A stretch of 64,000 bases of DNA. Source: Strigamia acuminata (lineage: Eukaryota). Under the pieces are notes generated by a model. It was not told the origin of the DNA. It did not search any database and was given only the letters and a program-made list of their open reading frames with translations. Within the stretch, counting starts at the first letter, position 1; every line of letters starts with the position of its first letter. Location: contig OX442314.1 in the NCBI GenBank assembly GCA_949358305.1, positions 14,012,001 through 14,076,000 on the forward strand, written 5' to 3'. Positions 26,258-36,715 of the stretch are shown here, piece by piece. A program made the translations under genes and the position numbers.

Positions 26258-28559
26258 TTACCACCTAACTAATATAGTGTCATTATTTTCAATGGAAAAA
26301 AAATTAAGCTCCTGAAGGTCATTATCGAGTGGGATTTCAACGTCTCGATCAGTTATCTGAAACAAACAATTCATCAAGTTGTTTATTTATGCGCAGGAAT
26401 TTTTATTTTTTTAAAATTAACCATTACCTTTTCTGGTTTATAACTCAAGTTGATTGATTGGGCATCTAATTTTAGTAGTTTTGGCAACATGCTTTTTAAT
26501 TTCAGCACAGACATAGTTACTGAAAATAAACTTCGTCTTAGAAAAACAATATTAAAAAAAAAAAGAATTTAAAATTTAAAAAATTACGTGGTAATTTTTT
26601 AATTATTGGAGCCGTGTTTGGTAAAAGTGGACTGCATATTTTAACAGACACTAATTTATTTTTCAGTGTTTGTTTAGCAATTTTTAATTCCGATTCCTCG
26701 GCTGCACCATAATCTATAAATAAAGAGAGTAAAAATATAAAAAAAATTCAGCTTTTATTTCTTTTTGAAGAAACATCCATTTTACATACTTTTAACAAGT
26801 TCTAAGTAACGCGGATGTTCGGTTAAAAACTCCAAAGGAGGACTGCTCCCTGCATCAATTAATTTTTGACCATTAATACTGAGCCACACCAAGCCATACT
26901 TCTTTAAGTAATCGATCTCTGCACCCCTTCGTTCATCGGATGTCACCTGAAATGTTTGACAGACAACATGAAGCTTATATAGCTAATATTTTACAATTAT
27001 CGCCACCTGGACACGATTTAACATTTTAAGTCCACCAATTTTAGCAATGAACAGCTGGCGGGCACATGGCGGTGTCTCTGTATCACAGATTGGGTTATTC
27101 CTCATTCGTAATTCTTTCAAATTTTGTAATTTGTTCAATTCGGCGATATGTATCCACTATAAACAAACAAATACATTTTTAAAAAAAATTATTTAAAGTG
27201 AAAAATACTCGTACTTTGTCGCATTTGTTATCATTGAGGCCAAGAATTTGCAGTTGTGGAAAGCTCGTTGTCTTTTGTCCGGGTAAAGCATTTGGAAAGG
27301 AAATAGAATCAATTCCGCAGTTGTTCAAATTCAAATATTCTAATCTGTGACAATAATAAAATTGTGTTATAAAATCTACAGTAGCTTATTCTGCATTACT
27401 TTGGCAAATGAGCAAGGTTTAAGATTTGTTGCCATCCTTCAATTTGATTAGAATCCATGTCTAATTTGTCCAGATTTTCAAAAAACGGCTCCGTTGGCTG
27501 CGAAATTAAGCTGATATTATTGTACGCGATTACTAGTTCGGATATGTGAGGCCACATCTCTGCACATGACAAAACTTGATTCCAGTCGTAATGAACTCTA
27601 GTTAAATAAATTCCACGCACAGTCTTAAACGCTGCTTTCAAATCATTGTCGACAGGAACAGGAACGACAAGTCGATTGTCACTAGAATAAGTTTTAAAAA
27701 AATAATGTGTAATTTTCGAGCATTATTTTTTTTATAAATTACAAATTTACTTTAAAAGTAGCGTTTTCAAATGTTTGAATTTTTTAACTATTCGAGCCAC
27801 ATCAATCCACGAAGCCAATAAATTTTCGGACAGATCCAATTCAACAACGTTCGGTGTCAACTCATTAAGATTATCATCATCCGTACCGAAAATCTTCATG
27901 GCAAATACACAGATTTCTTTCAACTGATGAAACTGACTGAAAAATACAAAAAAAAAATAGAAATAGAAATAATTCATCCGATTTAAAATATATCGAACCT
28001 TTGAATCGCTCCAATTTTGTCAAATCCAATAAATTCTATCGGTTTTATTACGCTATTTGATCCGATATAAGTGTCACCTTGATCGTTGGCATTGGCGCCT
28101 TTTTGAAACCCGTATTTTTGAATTACAGCCGCAGAATAAGTAATTCCAAAATCCTAAAGATTAGACCCAATTAGCTGGAAAAATATCGGTAAATCTAAAA
28201 AAATTATATATTACTTACTGCTTTTTGTGGACGAATAAAACTCCCCGAAGTGGGATTGCTATTTAAAAATAAATAAAACATTACTTTAGCATAGAACCGT
28301 TAATTACTAACCACAGAACAATACCTGGCTAAAAAATATGTAACTCCTTCGTGGGTGCCATCATGTTTACCACGTTTCAGATCATCCCAATCAATTCCTA
28401 ACCAATCACCTAGTGCGAGCATAAAAATTAGATATGCCGGTAATAAACCCAAATTAAAACATTTAAATATTTACCTGCTGTTGGTGGAATTGGACCAAAA
28501 TAACGAACAGTACCGTAATGACCCGCGCTCACAATTCGTCTTCCAACGGGCGACTCCAT
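26258..28559 (-). CDS. TBCE: tubulin-specific chaperone E (CAP-Gly, LRR, ubiquitin-like), ~12 exons
   Basis: N-terminus [22 protein letters not shown]…[20 protein letters not shown] (CAP-Gly); LRRs ([17 protein letters not shown]); [14 protein letters not shown]; ends [22 protein letters not shown]. Confidence 0.93.
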
Positions 28560-30125
28560 TAGTAAACTTTTCAACAGTCTGTAAGAAAAATTACGATATA
28601 TAAAAAAAATATCTAAAAGTTAAATAATAATTACTTAAAACTAAGTTTAAAATATGAATAAATAAAAATAAGACAACAAACATGTAAGTTTATTTATTGT
28701 TTATTTAATCCTCAAAAAACAAACTGGTACATAACAACTAAACATATTCCTCTATGCCACAATAATACGTGTGTACAAAGATTTAAAATAAAAAATCAAA
28801 TAGGAATAATAAAAATTATCATTATTGTAAATTTAAAAACGATTTCTACGCTCTTTGGTTTTTATTTAATTTTTAGGAAACTTTCAGCGTTTTTTAATAT
28901 AAATAAAAAAAATCGTGATACAGTAGGAAACATTTCAAATATTGCAAGTAATCAAATTTAGGACACAAAAACTCGTTTCAGTATAAAAATTTATAAATGC
29001 AATGCTAGAGCATGCAAAAAGGCACATTTCAATACTTATCCCTACAAAGCAAAACTAATATTTAAAAATTTGTATTTTATTTTGGCATGTTTAACATTTA
29101 AATGCCTCAAAAAAAATCAATTGACACTTTGTTTACCTTTCTAGTTAACAAGAAAAATCTTTGGCAAGTACTAGGAATCATTCATTTTCAATTAATTAAA
29201 TTAATTAATTAATAATTAGGAAAAATTTGTAAATAAAAATTCTAGTGAACATTCAATTATTATATAATTTATCAATAAAAAGGGTAACTAAATGCAAAAA
29301 TAAAAAGAAAGAAAGAAGATAAAATTGCCAAGAAATGTGATTTGTGACAATTTAAAATAAAAATAGATTATGTCACTTTCAAAGTGCAGTTCTACATTTT
29401 TATAAAATTAAAAATACTGCTTTCAGCTAAACAACGCATAATTAATAATTATGATTGACATTATAGGATACAATTCACCGTTACTGACTACAAAACCACT
29501 TAAGGTCATATACTTCAAATTTAAAGGATGGTATTAATCACACAGAACTGTGCAAATAGGAAGGTAAAACACATGGCTTACAATGCATGCGGTGCATTGT
29601 AAACATTCACAATCAATTACAGGATAGGGTTACTCGGAAACTTAGTCGTTATTTCCCGCTTTGCTAGTAATAGCATCAAAACAAAACAAAATTCTTCCAA
29701 TTTGAGCACATTCAACAAATTAAAACCAAAATTAAACAAAATTTTTTCCATACTGAAATAAATAATTAAAACTCAAAAAATAAAATAAAATGCAAAGTGG
29801 GAAATGCTTTCCGAGTACCCCAATAGAAAAAAAAACAAAAAAAATAAAAAATAAAAATAAACAAAAATAAAACAAAACAAAAAAAAGAAAACTCTGCTCC
29901 TATAATCACTTCTACAATTTAATTTTAAAATCTGTTAACATGATATATAATTATACACATTTCATGTGTACCTTAATATGATATTTATTATTAGTAATTA
30001 ATTTTTTTTTTCATTTCCACCTTTGCAAAATATTATTGCCTAGAATAAGAGGAACTTGGGAATGCATGTTTGGACATGACGGAACCTTCAGGTACCTGAA
30101 AACAAACGACCAATCAGCTTGGCAC

Positions 30126-31263
30126 TCACTGAACGTAGCGAAATCTAATGGGTCCTCGCACATTTTCAGGATTAATCGCTTGTCCCTTTTGCAGAATCAA
30201 TATTCTACCTTCCAATGCCAAATCGCTGCCTACATCTCTGACCAACTGCATCACACTTCGCCAGCCATTAGGAAACAGTTTTCTCGCTACTTCTGAAGGA
30301 CAAATACTTTTTTCCGAGCCTCGCTCTTGGGTTAAGCAAATTATTTCGTCGTGAATTAGTTTCCTGAGTGTTGCTTCGTCCTGAGACACCATTATGCTGA
30401 CATCTTGAGCTGTGAGAATCGGCTTCGACTCTAGGACCGACTTTGTCTCGTTGTCTTTCTTCAGTTTCTTGTTCTGAACTATGTCGTATCTCGACACTCG
30501 TTTCATGTCTCTGGACAGTTGCTGGCACCCGCTCGAAGACGATGAGCGTCCATCACAGTGTGCAAGGCTGCTGACGAGGCAGGAAGAGTCTTTCAGAGTC
30601 GCTTCTGCTGCAAAAATACACGTTTTTAGATTAAATTTGACTTTTTTATAACGAATATTCGAGATTTTTACGTCGCACTCACCGAGATATACTATAATAA
30701 ACGTGCAGTCGTTGTAAATAGACAAACTTAAGACAAATTAATGTCGTTTTAGAGTCATGCCACTAATTGGTTAATTAAAATTAGATGGCAACGCGAACTT
30801 TGTGGTAAATGTTTGTTTCAAACTATTTCTTGATCAAAGTAAGATAGTTTGGCTTAAATTCTAAAAAAATTTTATTTTATTTTAACAAATTTTTTTTATT
30901 TAACATTACTCCCGACTTGACGGTTTGAAAATCAAATACCAACGACTTAAATTCTACCAATTTCAAATCAATAATTCACAATCCGCACCGATTTCCTTTC
31001 AAATCGCTTTCAACCACATTTTTTCGTGTGAAAAAATGCTAACAAATAATTTCTAGGTTAAGCCTAGTGAGGTGCAAAGAAAGCAAACCTACTTTATATT
31101 GTCCATGTTACTCCTATTTTTTCACATTTTTTTTGTTACTCAACACTCATTCGCAAACTAAACCAACAATATAACATTCACTCGCGAAACTAATGGATTT
31201 ATGTGTACATAAAAAAATTCGTTTTTCACGCTAATTTATTACGTAGTTTAACTACTTACCCAT
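30126..31263 (-). CDS. DUF3253-domain protein; probably 2 coding exons (31260-31263, 30126-30607), ~161 aa
   Basis: C-terminus RGSEKSICPSEVARKLFPNGWRSVMQLVRDVGSDLALEGRILILQKGQAINPENVRGPIRFR matches the DUF3253 pattern (KSICPSEVAR…WR.LM..VR…QKG…RGPIR). ATG-G|GTAAGT at 31263-31254 splices in phase to tttttgcag|CA at 30607. An internal ATG at 30506 is an alternative start. Confidence 0.8.
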
Positions 31264-31570
31264 CAGATATCAAGGACTTTGTGCGCCTTCTTTTTGGTAA
31301 CGAAGGTAGCGCTTTATTACCACATCCTGTTTGAATTGTGCATAAAATTTCTGTTTCCGGTAGCTGTATTGGTTTCGCGAACTACATCGAGATGGCGTTA
31401 CAGGTCCATATTTTGTTACTTTTTTTTCTTCCGATGCCGTAGAAAAAATTTTCTTTTTTATTTTAAATAAACAGTAAATTAACGTATATTCGTTTTCTTA
31501 ATTACTTCGATGTTAATTACGCACTCGGTGTTAATAAAATATATTTTAGCGTAGTTTACCGCTTGGAGTG

Positions 31571-31698
31571 TGTAGCATAGTGAATAAAGGATAACCTCAT
31601 TGCTTGAACGCTAGCTAACTTGTGTTTAATGTACTCTATGACCTTGCACTCCTCCTTGCGCCTCGCGCCCTCTATCGGTTACATTTAACAACACTACA
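31571..31698 (-). repeat. 3' LTR
   Basis: 128 bp, identical by eye to 36196-36323. Confidence 0.95.
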
Positions 31699-31844
31699 TC
31701 CCTCCCCTTGTCCGGAGTACAACAACAATCAAGAACAATTCGACAAACATTAAATTTGATAACAATAATTCGACACCAAAACAATAATTAATAAAATTCG
31801 ACAATCAATAAGTTCTATCACAATTCAGTATATAGTTCACAGTT

Positions 31845-34800
31845 TCACTTTTTTCTCTTCTTGCAACACATATCATAGTCCTTTTGCCACGACGGCTTGT
31901 TTGTTTTCCTATTTGATTTCCTCAGCACGAATGGATCCTCGGGTTCCGGCACAGCCGGGACATCCTCCGGTTCCTGAGCGGGTGGAACAATTCCCTGCTC
32001 CCCTCTCTCTTCCACTCTCGACTCCGTATCACATAATGGCGTTTTTTCCTCACTTTCATCACTCGTCTCCAGCTGCGGGTCCCTTCCTCTCCCTCCGTCA
32101 TCCTCATCCATCTCCCCATCCCCCTGTCTTACTCTCTCCAATTCCTCCCCTCTCTCTTGACGTATCTTCTTGAAGAACGATGAGTTTCGCACCACGTTCT
32201 GTCTTCCCCTGTTGGCTGTCACTTGAGAACCCGCTATCGCTATAATTCTGAACGGTTCCGGATCATACGGTGTTGTTAGTTTATTCACCTTCCTTCTTCT
32301 CACCAGGACTACGTCTCCCACCAATAGCCCGTGTTCCCGAACATGCCTCTTTCCATCTGCCAAACTCTTCATACTCCCCTTCTTTTCCTCATCTCTCTTC
32401 CTCATTATCGCATCGTTTGGCCTCACGAAAACTTGTGGTAACCTGGTCTTAATCGGTCTGCCGTACATCGCGTCGGCCGGCGAAACTCCCGTGGTCGCAT
32501 GTGGAGTCGCGCGGTAATTTAGAAGGAACTCGTGGACTTCCTCGTGCCATTTCCGTCCCTCCGTAACCGCCGTCAAGATCGCTTTGTTTAAAGTTTTCAT
32601 TAAACGTTCAACTTCTCCGTTCGCTTCGGGCCACAGCGGCGTAACTCGATGGTGTCGCACGCCCATTTCGGCCAGAAAATCCGCGAACTCGCATGACGAA
32701 AATGGCGGTCCGTTATCGGACTTCACCGTCTCCGGGATGCCCAACTCCGAGAAACGCTTTCTCAGAAGCGCGATGACGCCCCGAGCCCCCGTCGACGACA
32801 CGCCGTCCACAAATGGGAAGCGTGAATACTCGTCTACGATGACAAATAAAATCCTGCCGTCGGGAAACGGTCCTAAAAAGTCAATTGCGACCTTCTGCCA
32901 AGGCCGGTCGGGTAAACTGGACATCTCCAATGGGGTCCTCGATTTTGTCACCACGGTTGCTTGGCAAGGAATGCATCCCGCTATAAGCCGCTCCACCCGC
33001 ATATCAATTCCGGGAAACCACACCTTTTGGCGTAAGAGCATCTTGGTTTTCACCACTCCCTGATGTCCCCGGTGAGCGATCTCCACTACTTTGTCTCTTA
33101 GTGACTCGGGCACCACAATTCGATCGCCCCGAAGGATGATTCCGTCCTCAGTATTCGTAAATTCTTCCTGCAACATTTTAAACGGTTTTAAACATTCTTT
33201 TTTCCATGTTTTCTCACGTTCTGCTCCCTCCTGTGTCAGCGCTTGTTGTAAAAGTTTCAAACTGACATCCTCGTTTGTACACTTCGCAATCTCCTCCCGT
33301 GTTAGTGATTTCGGCACACGAGTCCTGACCACGAAATTAACATATCCCTCCACGGTCCTCGACATGGCGCCGTCCTTCAGGCCTCTTGTCCCCGTATGTC
33401 GCGACATATAATCGCTGGGGTTGGAATTTCCTCTCGTGTACTTTACCTCGAACACATATTGTTGTATTCGAAGGCAAAGCCTCTCTATCCTTGCCGAAGG
33501 TCGCGCTTTGCGGTTCCCGAAAATGCTTATTAACGGCTTGTGATCTGTGAAAAGGGTAAACATTGTTCCATATAAGTATAAATAGAAGTGCTCGATGGCC
33601 CAAATTGCCGCCAAGGTTTCACGTTCAATTTGAGAGTATCTACTCTCTACATCCGTTAAAGTCCGGCTGGCATACGCCACTACTCGAGGTTCGCTCTCGC
33701 CGCTCCTAATTTGCGCCAAAATTGCGCCGAGTCCATTTGGCCCCGCGTCTACCGTCAGGTGCGTGCTTGCCGTCGGGTCATGATAGGCCAGCGTGTTCCT
33801 ATTTCCGAGCTGCTCCTTTATGCACATCCACGCCTCCTGATGTTCCTTTTCCCATCGAAACGGCCCATTTGAACTTTTCGTCAGGTCCCGCAACGGTTTC
33901 AAAATTTTCGCCATATCTCTGACGAAACGAGCACAATAAACTACCATACCGAGCAGACTCTTTACCTCCGCTGACGATTTTGGGATTTCCATCTTATCGA
34001 TTGCCTCCACTTTTCGTGGGTCAATTGAGACCCCGGCCGCTGAAAATACATGTCCAAAAAACACTATCTCACCACGGCGCACCTCACATTTGTCCTCGTT
34101 TAAAGTCAGTCCTTTTTTTTCCAGTCGCTTCAAAACGGCGTGCAGCGCCGCGTCGTGTACCTCCACAGTTTTTCCTACAATGAAAATGTCATCAACAATG
34201 TTAATGCAACCCTGCAAACCCTCGATCACTTGACGTATGGTGTCCTGGAATAACTCAGAAGCTGAGTTTATCCCAAACAATAGCCTTTTAAAACGAAATA
34301 GGCCCACATGAGTCGCAAAGACAGTATATTTACGAGATTCCGCATCTAACTCAACTTGATTGAATCCATGATTCAAATCGAGTTTTGAAAAAAACCGCGC
34401 TCCCTCCGCCAGCGCCACAATGTCTTCCAACCGCGGCGAAGTGTGCCTAACCCTTTTAATCGCTCTGTTCACTTCCCTTGCGTCAACACAGAGGCGGATC
34501 GCGTCGGGGTCCGGGTCTTTGGGTTTGTCCACGCAGTGGATCGGTGAGACCCACGGCGTCGGCCCCATTCCTTCGTCGATCCGTTCGATCACATCCATTT
34601 GCAGCAATCGGTCGAGTTCTTTTTCGACCTTCTTTCTTAATCGAAATGGCAGTGGGCGGTAGCGCTGCGCCACCGGCGCTACTTCCTCGTCCACGTGTAG
34701 GTGAATTTGGTATTCCTTGAGTTTTCCCACTCCCTGGAATAATTTGGGATATTGTCTTTTTATCTCCTCCTCCAACGTTGTTTTCTTGATATTGTTCACC

Positions 34801-36131
34801 ACCTGCACGATTCCCAGTTGTTTCGCCGTTGCGTAATTCAACAATGACTCACCCGGCCGATCCACCACGTACGCCGTCGCTTCTAATTCCATCTCTTCGT
34901 AACGGATCATTAATGTCACTCGGCCCAATAATGGCAGCGGCTCGGATGATCCATACGTCATCAGCTTAGCACGACTTTCCTTCAACATCGGTTTTAACTT
35001 CATCGCCCAATAATCCTCTCTGCCCAAAACATTCACTGAAGTTCCCGAATCAACGATGAATCTCGTATCCCTACGCTCTTCCCCCACTGTCAAACACACT
35101 TCCGGCATCTTTGGGCTCCCCTTTCTGCCGTCTGAACACAAACCGATTGTAAACAACTCCTCATCATCACTCTCCTCGACATAGTCGCACTTCACTGCAT
35201 TTATTTTGTTATTAGCTTCCGCCCCCTCCTCTCGCTTTACTCGACAAAAGCGCACGAAATGACCCGTCTTACCGCATCCCCGACACGCCACTCCCCTCGC
35301 CGGACAGTCCTGTGGCGTGACGTGTGGCCACGCTCGACCGCAATTAAAACACTTCCTATTTCCCGAGCCACGGGATCCGCCGAATCCGCCACGAGCCGCG
35401 CCACCTGTCGATTCTCTCCTACGGTACCCCGTTTCACTGTTCGCTCTCCTCCTGCCCTCAGTCGATGCTCGAACCAGGTTAATTTCACCCGTTACCTCTT
35501 TCTCGCTACCTTCCATTTGTTTTGCTTGCCACTCCGAGGCTTCGTATCCTCGGCCCAGGTCCAGAAGCTCTTTCAATGTCAGCGTATCATCACGCAACGC
35601 CTGTCGTCGTAATCGGTTCAAACTTGTCCCCAGAATTATTTGGGATTTAATCTCGCGGTCATCGTCCTTAAAATCGCATCCCACCGCTAAATGTCTCAAT
35701 CTCATCTGGTATTTATCTAACGGTTCCGTCGCCTCCTGGCGGGACATTCGGAATGTATAAATGCAAAATTCCGTATTCTTTTTGGGAATAAAATAGGCAG
35801 TTAATGCGTCCTTTACCGTTTTATAGTTCTTATCCTCCTCCTCTATCACTAAAGTCTCATAAACGGCGAACACCTCCTCACCCGCCTGGTGAAGTAACGT
35901 CGCCATTTTCCTCATATCGTCCTTGATTCCCGCCGCCAACATAAACATTTCCAGCCTGCTAATCCACCTTTGCCAACGCTGGGATTGAGTGGTGGTCTCG
36001 CCATGAACATCGAATGGTGGGATGCCTGCCGACCGCAGAAAACCAGACGTCGCCGTTTCATCCGCCATATTGTCGCGTTTCGCGTCTGTTTTACTCTCCT
36101 CCTCGCACAATTCCATCAGCCGCAACCACAC
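31845..36131 (-). CDS. single gag-pol polyprotein (Gag, zinc knuckles, PR, RT, RNase H, integrase)
   Basis: Uninterrupted 1428-aa ORF: CRGCGKTGHFVRFC, IVDSGT, KLDLNHGF…LLFG…IVDD, VDAGP…YSQIERE…FTDHKPL, integrase H-H-C-C, IDFLGP, SDNGPPF, NGEVER. Order PR-RT-RH-IN is Ty3/Gypsy. Confidence 0.95.
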   Translation of the reverse strand: MWLRLMELCEEESKTDAKRDNMADETATSGFLRSAGIPPFDVHGETTTQSQRWQRWISRLEMFMLAAGIKDDMRKMATLLHQAGEEVFAVYETLVIEEEDKNYKTVKDALTAYFIPKKNTEFCIYTFRMSRQEATEPLDKYQMRLRHLAVGCDFKDDDREIKSQIILGTSLNRLRRQALRDDTLTLKELLDLGRGYEASEWQAKQMEGSEKEVTGEINLVRASTEGRRRANSETGYRRRESTGGAARGGFGGSRGSGNRKCFNCGRAWPHVTPQDCPARGVACRGCGKTGHFVRFCRVKREEGAEANNKINAVKCDYVEESDDEELFTIGLCSDGRKGSPKMPEVCLTVGEERRDTRFIVDSGTSVNVLGREDYWAMKLKPMLKESRAKLMTYGSSEPLPLLGRVTLMIRYEEMELEATAYVVDRPGESLLNYATAKQLGIVQVVNNIKKTTLEEEIKRQYPKLFQGVGKLKEYQIHLHVDEEVAPVAQRYRPLPFRLRKKVEKELDRLLQMDVIERIDEGMGPTPWVSPIHCVDKPKDPDPDAIRLCVDAREVNRAIKRVRHTSPRLEDIVALAEGARFFSKLDLNHGFNQVELDAESRKYTVFATHVGLFRFKRLLFGINSASELFQDTIRQVIEGLQGCINIVDDIFIVGKTVEVHDAALHAVLKRLEKKGLTLNEDKCEVRRGEIVFFGHVFSAAGVSIDPRKVEAIDKMEIPKSSAEVKSLLGMVVYCARFVRDMAKILKPLRDLTKSSNGPFRWEKEHQEAWMCIKEQLGNRNTLAYHDPTASTHLTVDAGPNGLGAILAQIRSGESEPRVVAYASRTLTDVESRYSQIERETLAAIWAIEHFYLYLYGTMFTLFTDHKPLISIFGNRKARPSARIERLCLRIQQYVFEVKYTRGNSNPSDYMSRHTGTRGLKDGAMSRTVEGYVNFVVRTRVPKSLTREEIAKCTNEDVSLKLLQQALTQEGAEREKTWKKECLKPFKMLQEEFTNTEDGIILRGDRIVVPESLRDKVVEIAHRGHQGVVKTKMLLRQKVWFPGIDMRVERLIAGCIPCQATVVTKSRTPLEMSSLPDRPWQKVAIDFLGPFPDGRILFVIVDEYSRFPFVDGVSSTGARGVIALLRKRFSELGIPETVKSDNGPPFSSCEFADFLAEMGVRHHRVTPLWPEANGEVERLMKTLNKAILTAVTEGRKWHEEVHEFLLNYRATPHATTGVSPADAMYGRPIKTRLPQVFVRPNDAIMRKRDEEKKGSMKSLADGKRHVREHGLLVGDVVLVRRRKVNKLTTPYDPEPFRIIAIAGSQVTANRGRQNVVRNSSFFKKIRQERGEELERVRQGDGEMDEDDGGRGRDPQLETSDESEEKTPLCDTESRVEERGEQGIVPPAQEPEDVPAVPEPEDPFVLRKSNRKTNKPSWQKDYDMCCKKRKK

Positions 36132-36195
36132 CGCTCATTTACTGTTCGTATGCACTCGTATCGCGTCTATTTCATCAAACTTCCCTCGTCGCCAA

Positions 36196-36323
36196 TGTAG
36201 CATAGTGAATAAAGGATAACCTCATTGCTTGAACGCTAGCTAACTTGTGTTTAATGTACTCTATGACCTTGCACTCCTCCTTGCGCCTCGCGCCCTCTAT
36301 CGGTTACATTTAACAACACTACA
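36196..36323 (-). repeat. 5' LTR
   Basis: 128 bp; the PBS follows immediately on the minus strand. Confidence 0.95.
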
Positions 36324-36715
36324 GAGTGCTGTAACAGACATGCGCGTAGTGTTGACTCAAACTCATTGGTTTCTTATCGAGATTTCCTACTGCCGGCTTA
36401 ATCTCACACCTCGTAGTTCAGCTGCAGCCAATATAAACAAATATGGTTGTCGCCTTCTGCTGGACACTCAATGGTTGGATTCCATTTTTGATTCAATTGT
36501 AGAAATTAAGAATACAACAGGAAAAATAGAAAAATGAAAGAAATAGTGTGTATAATTCAATTAAGTGATGATAAAATAACAAACAAAAAAAAAGCGCAGT
36601 GATGCGCAACATTGAAAAGTGATCGGCCATAATTTGTGCGTTATTAACCACTATAGCCGCACCTGTCAGTTTAAGGAGTGCCTTTTAGACTCGTGCTTCC
36701 ATAGATGTACCAATC

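Larger units (their letters stand above)
31571..36323 (-). mobile_element. full-length Ty3/Gypsy (Mag-like) LTR retrotransposon, 4753 bp
   Basis: Identical 128-bp TG…CA LTRs; 5-bp TSD GAGTG at 31566-31570 and 36324-36328; PBS TGGCGACGAGG (complementary to the 3' end of tRNA-Ser(GCT)) next to the 5' LTR; PPT AGGGGAGGGA next to the 3' LTR. Confidence 0.97.

Noticed and set aside
30096..30129. GTGAGT…TTTTCAG mini-intron that would remove the DUF3253 stop
   Set aside because: Only 34 nt, well below the ~55-nt minimum of other introns here, and the domain ends naturally at RGPIRFR.
34185..34202. RT motif IVDD read as an inactivating mutation
   Set aside because: Both catalytic aspartates are present, non-Tyr variants occur in Mag-like elements, and identical LTRs indicate recent transposition.
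31901..36219. Many + strand ORFs within the retrotransposon
   Set aside because: Antisense shadows of the GC-richer gag-pol ORF.
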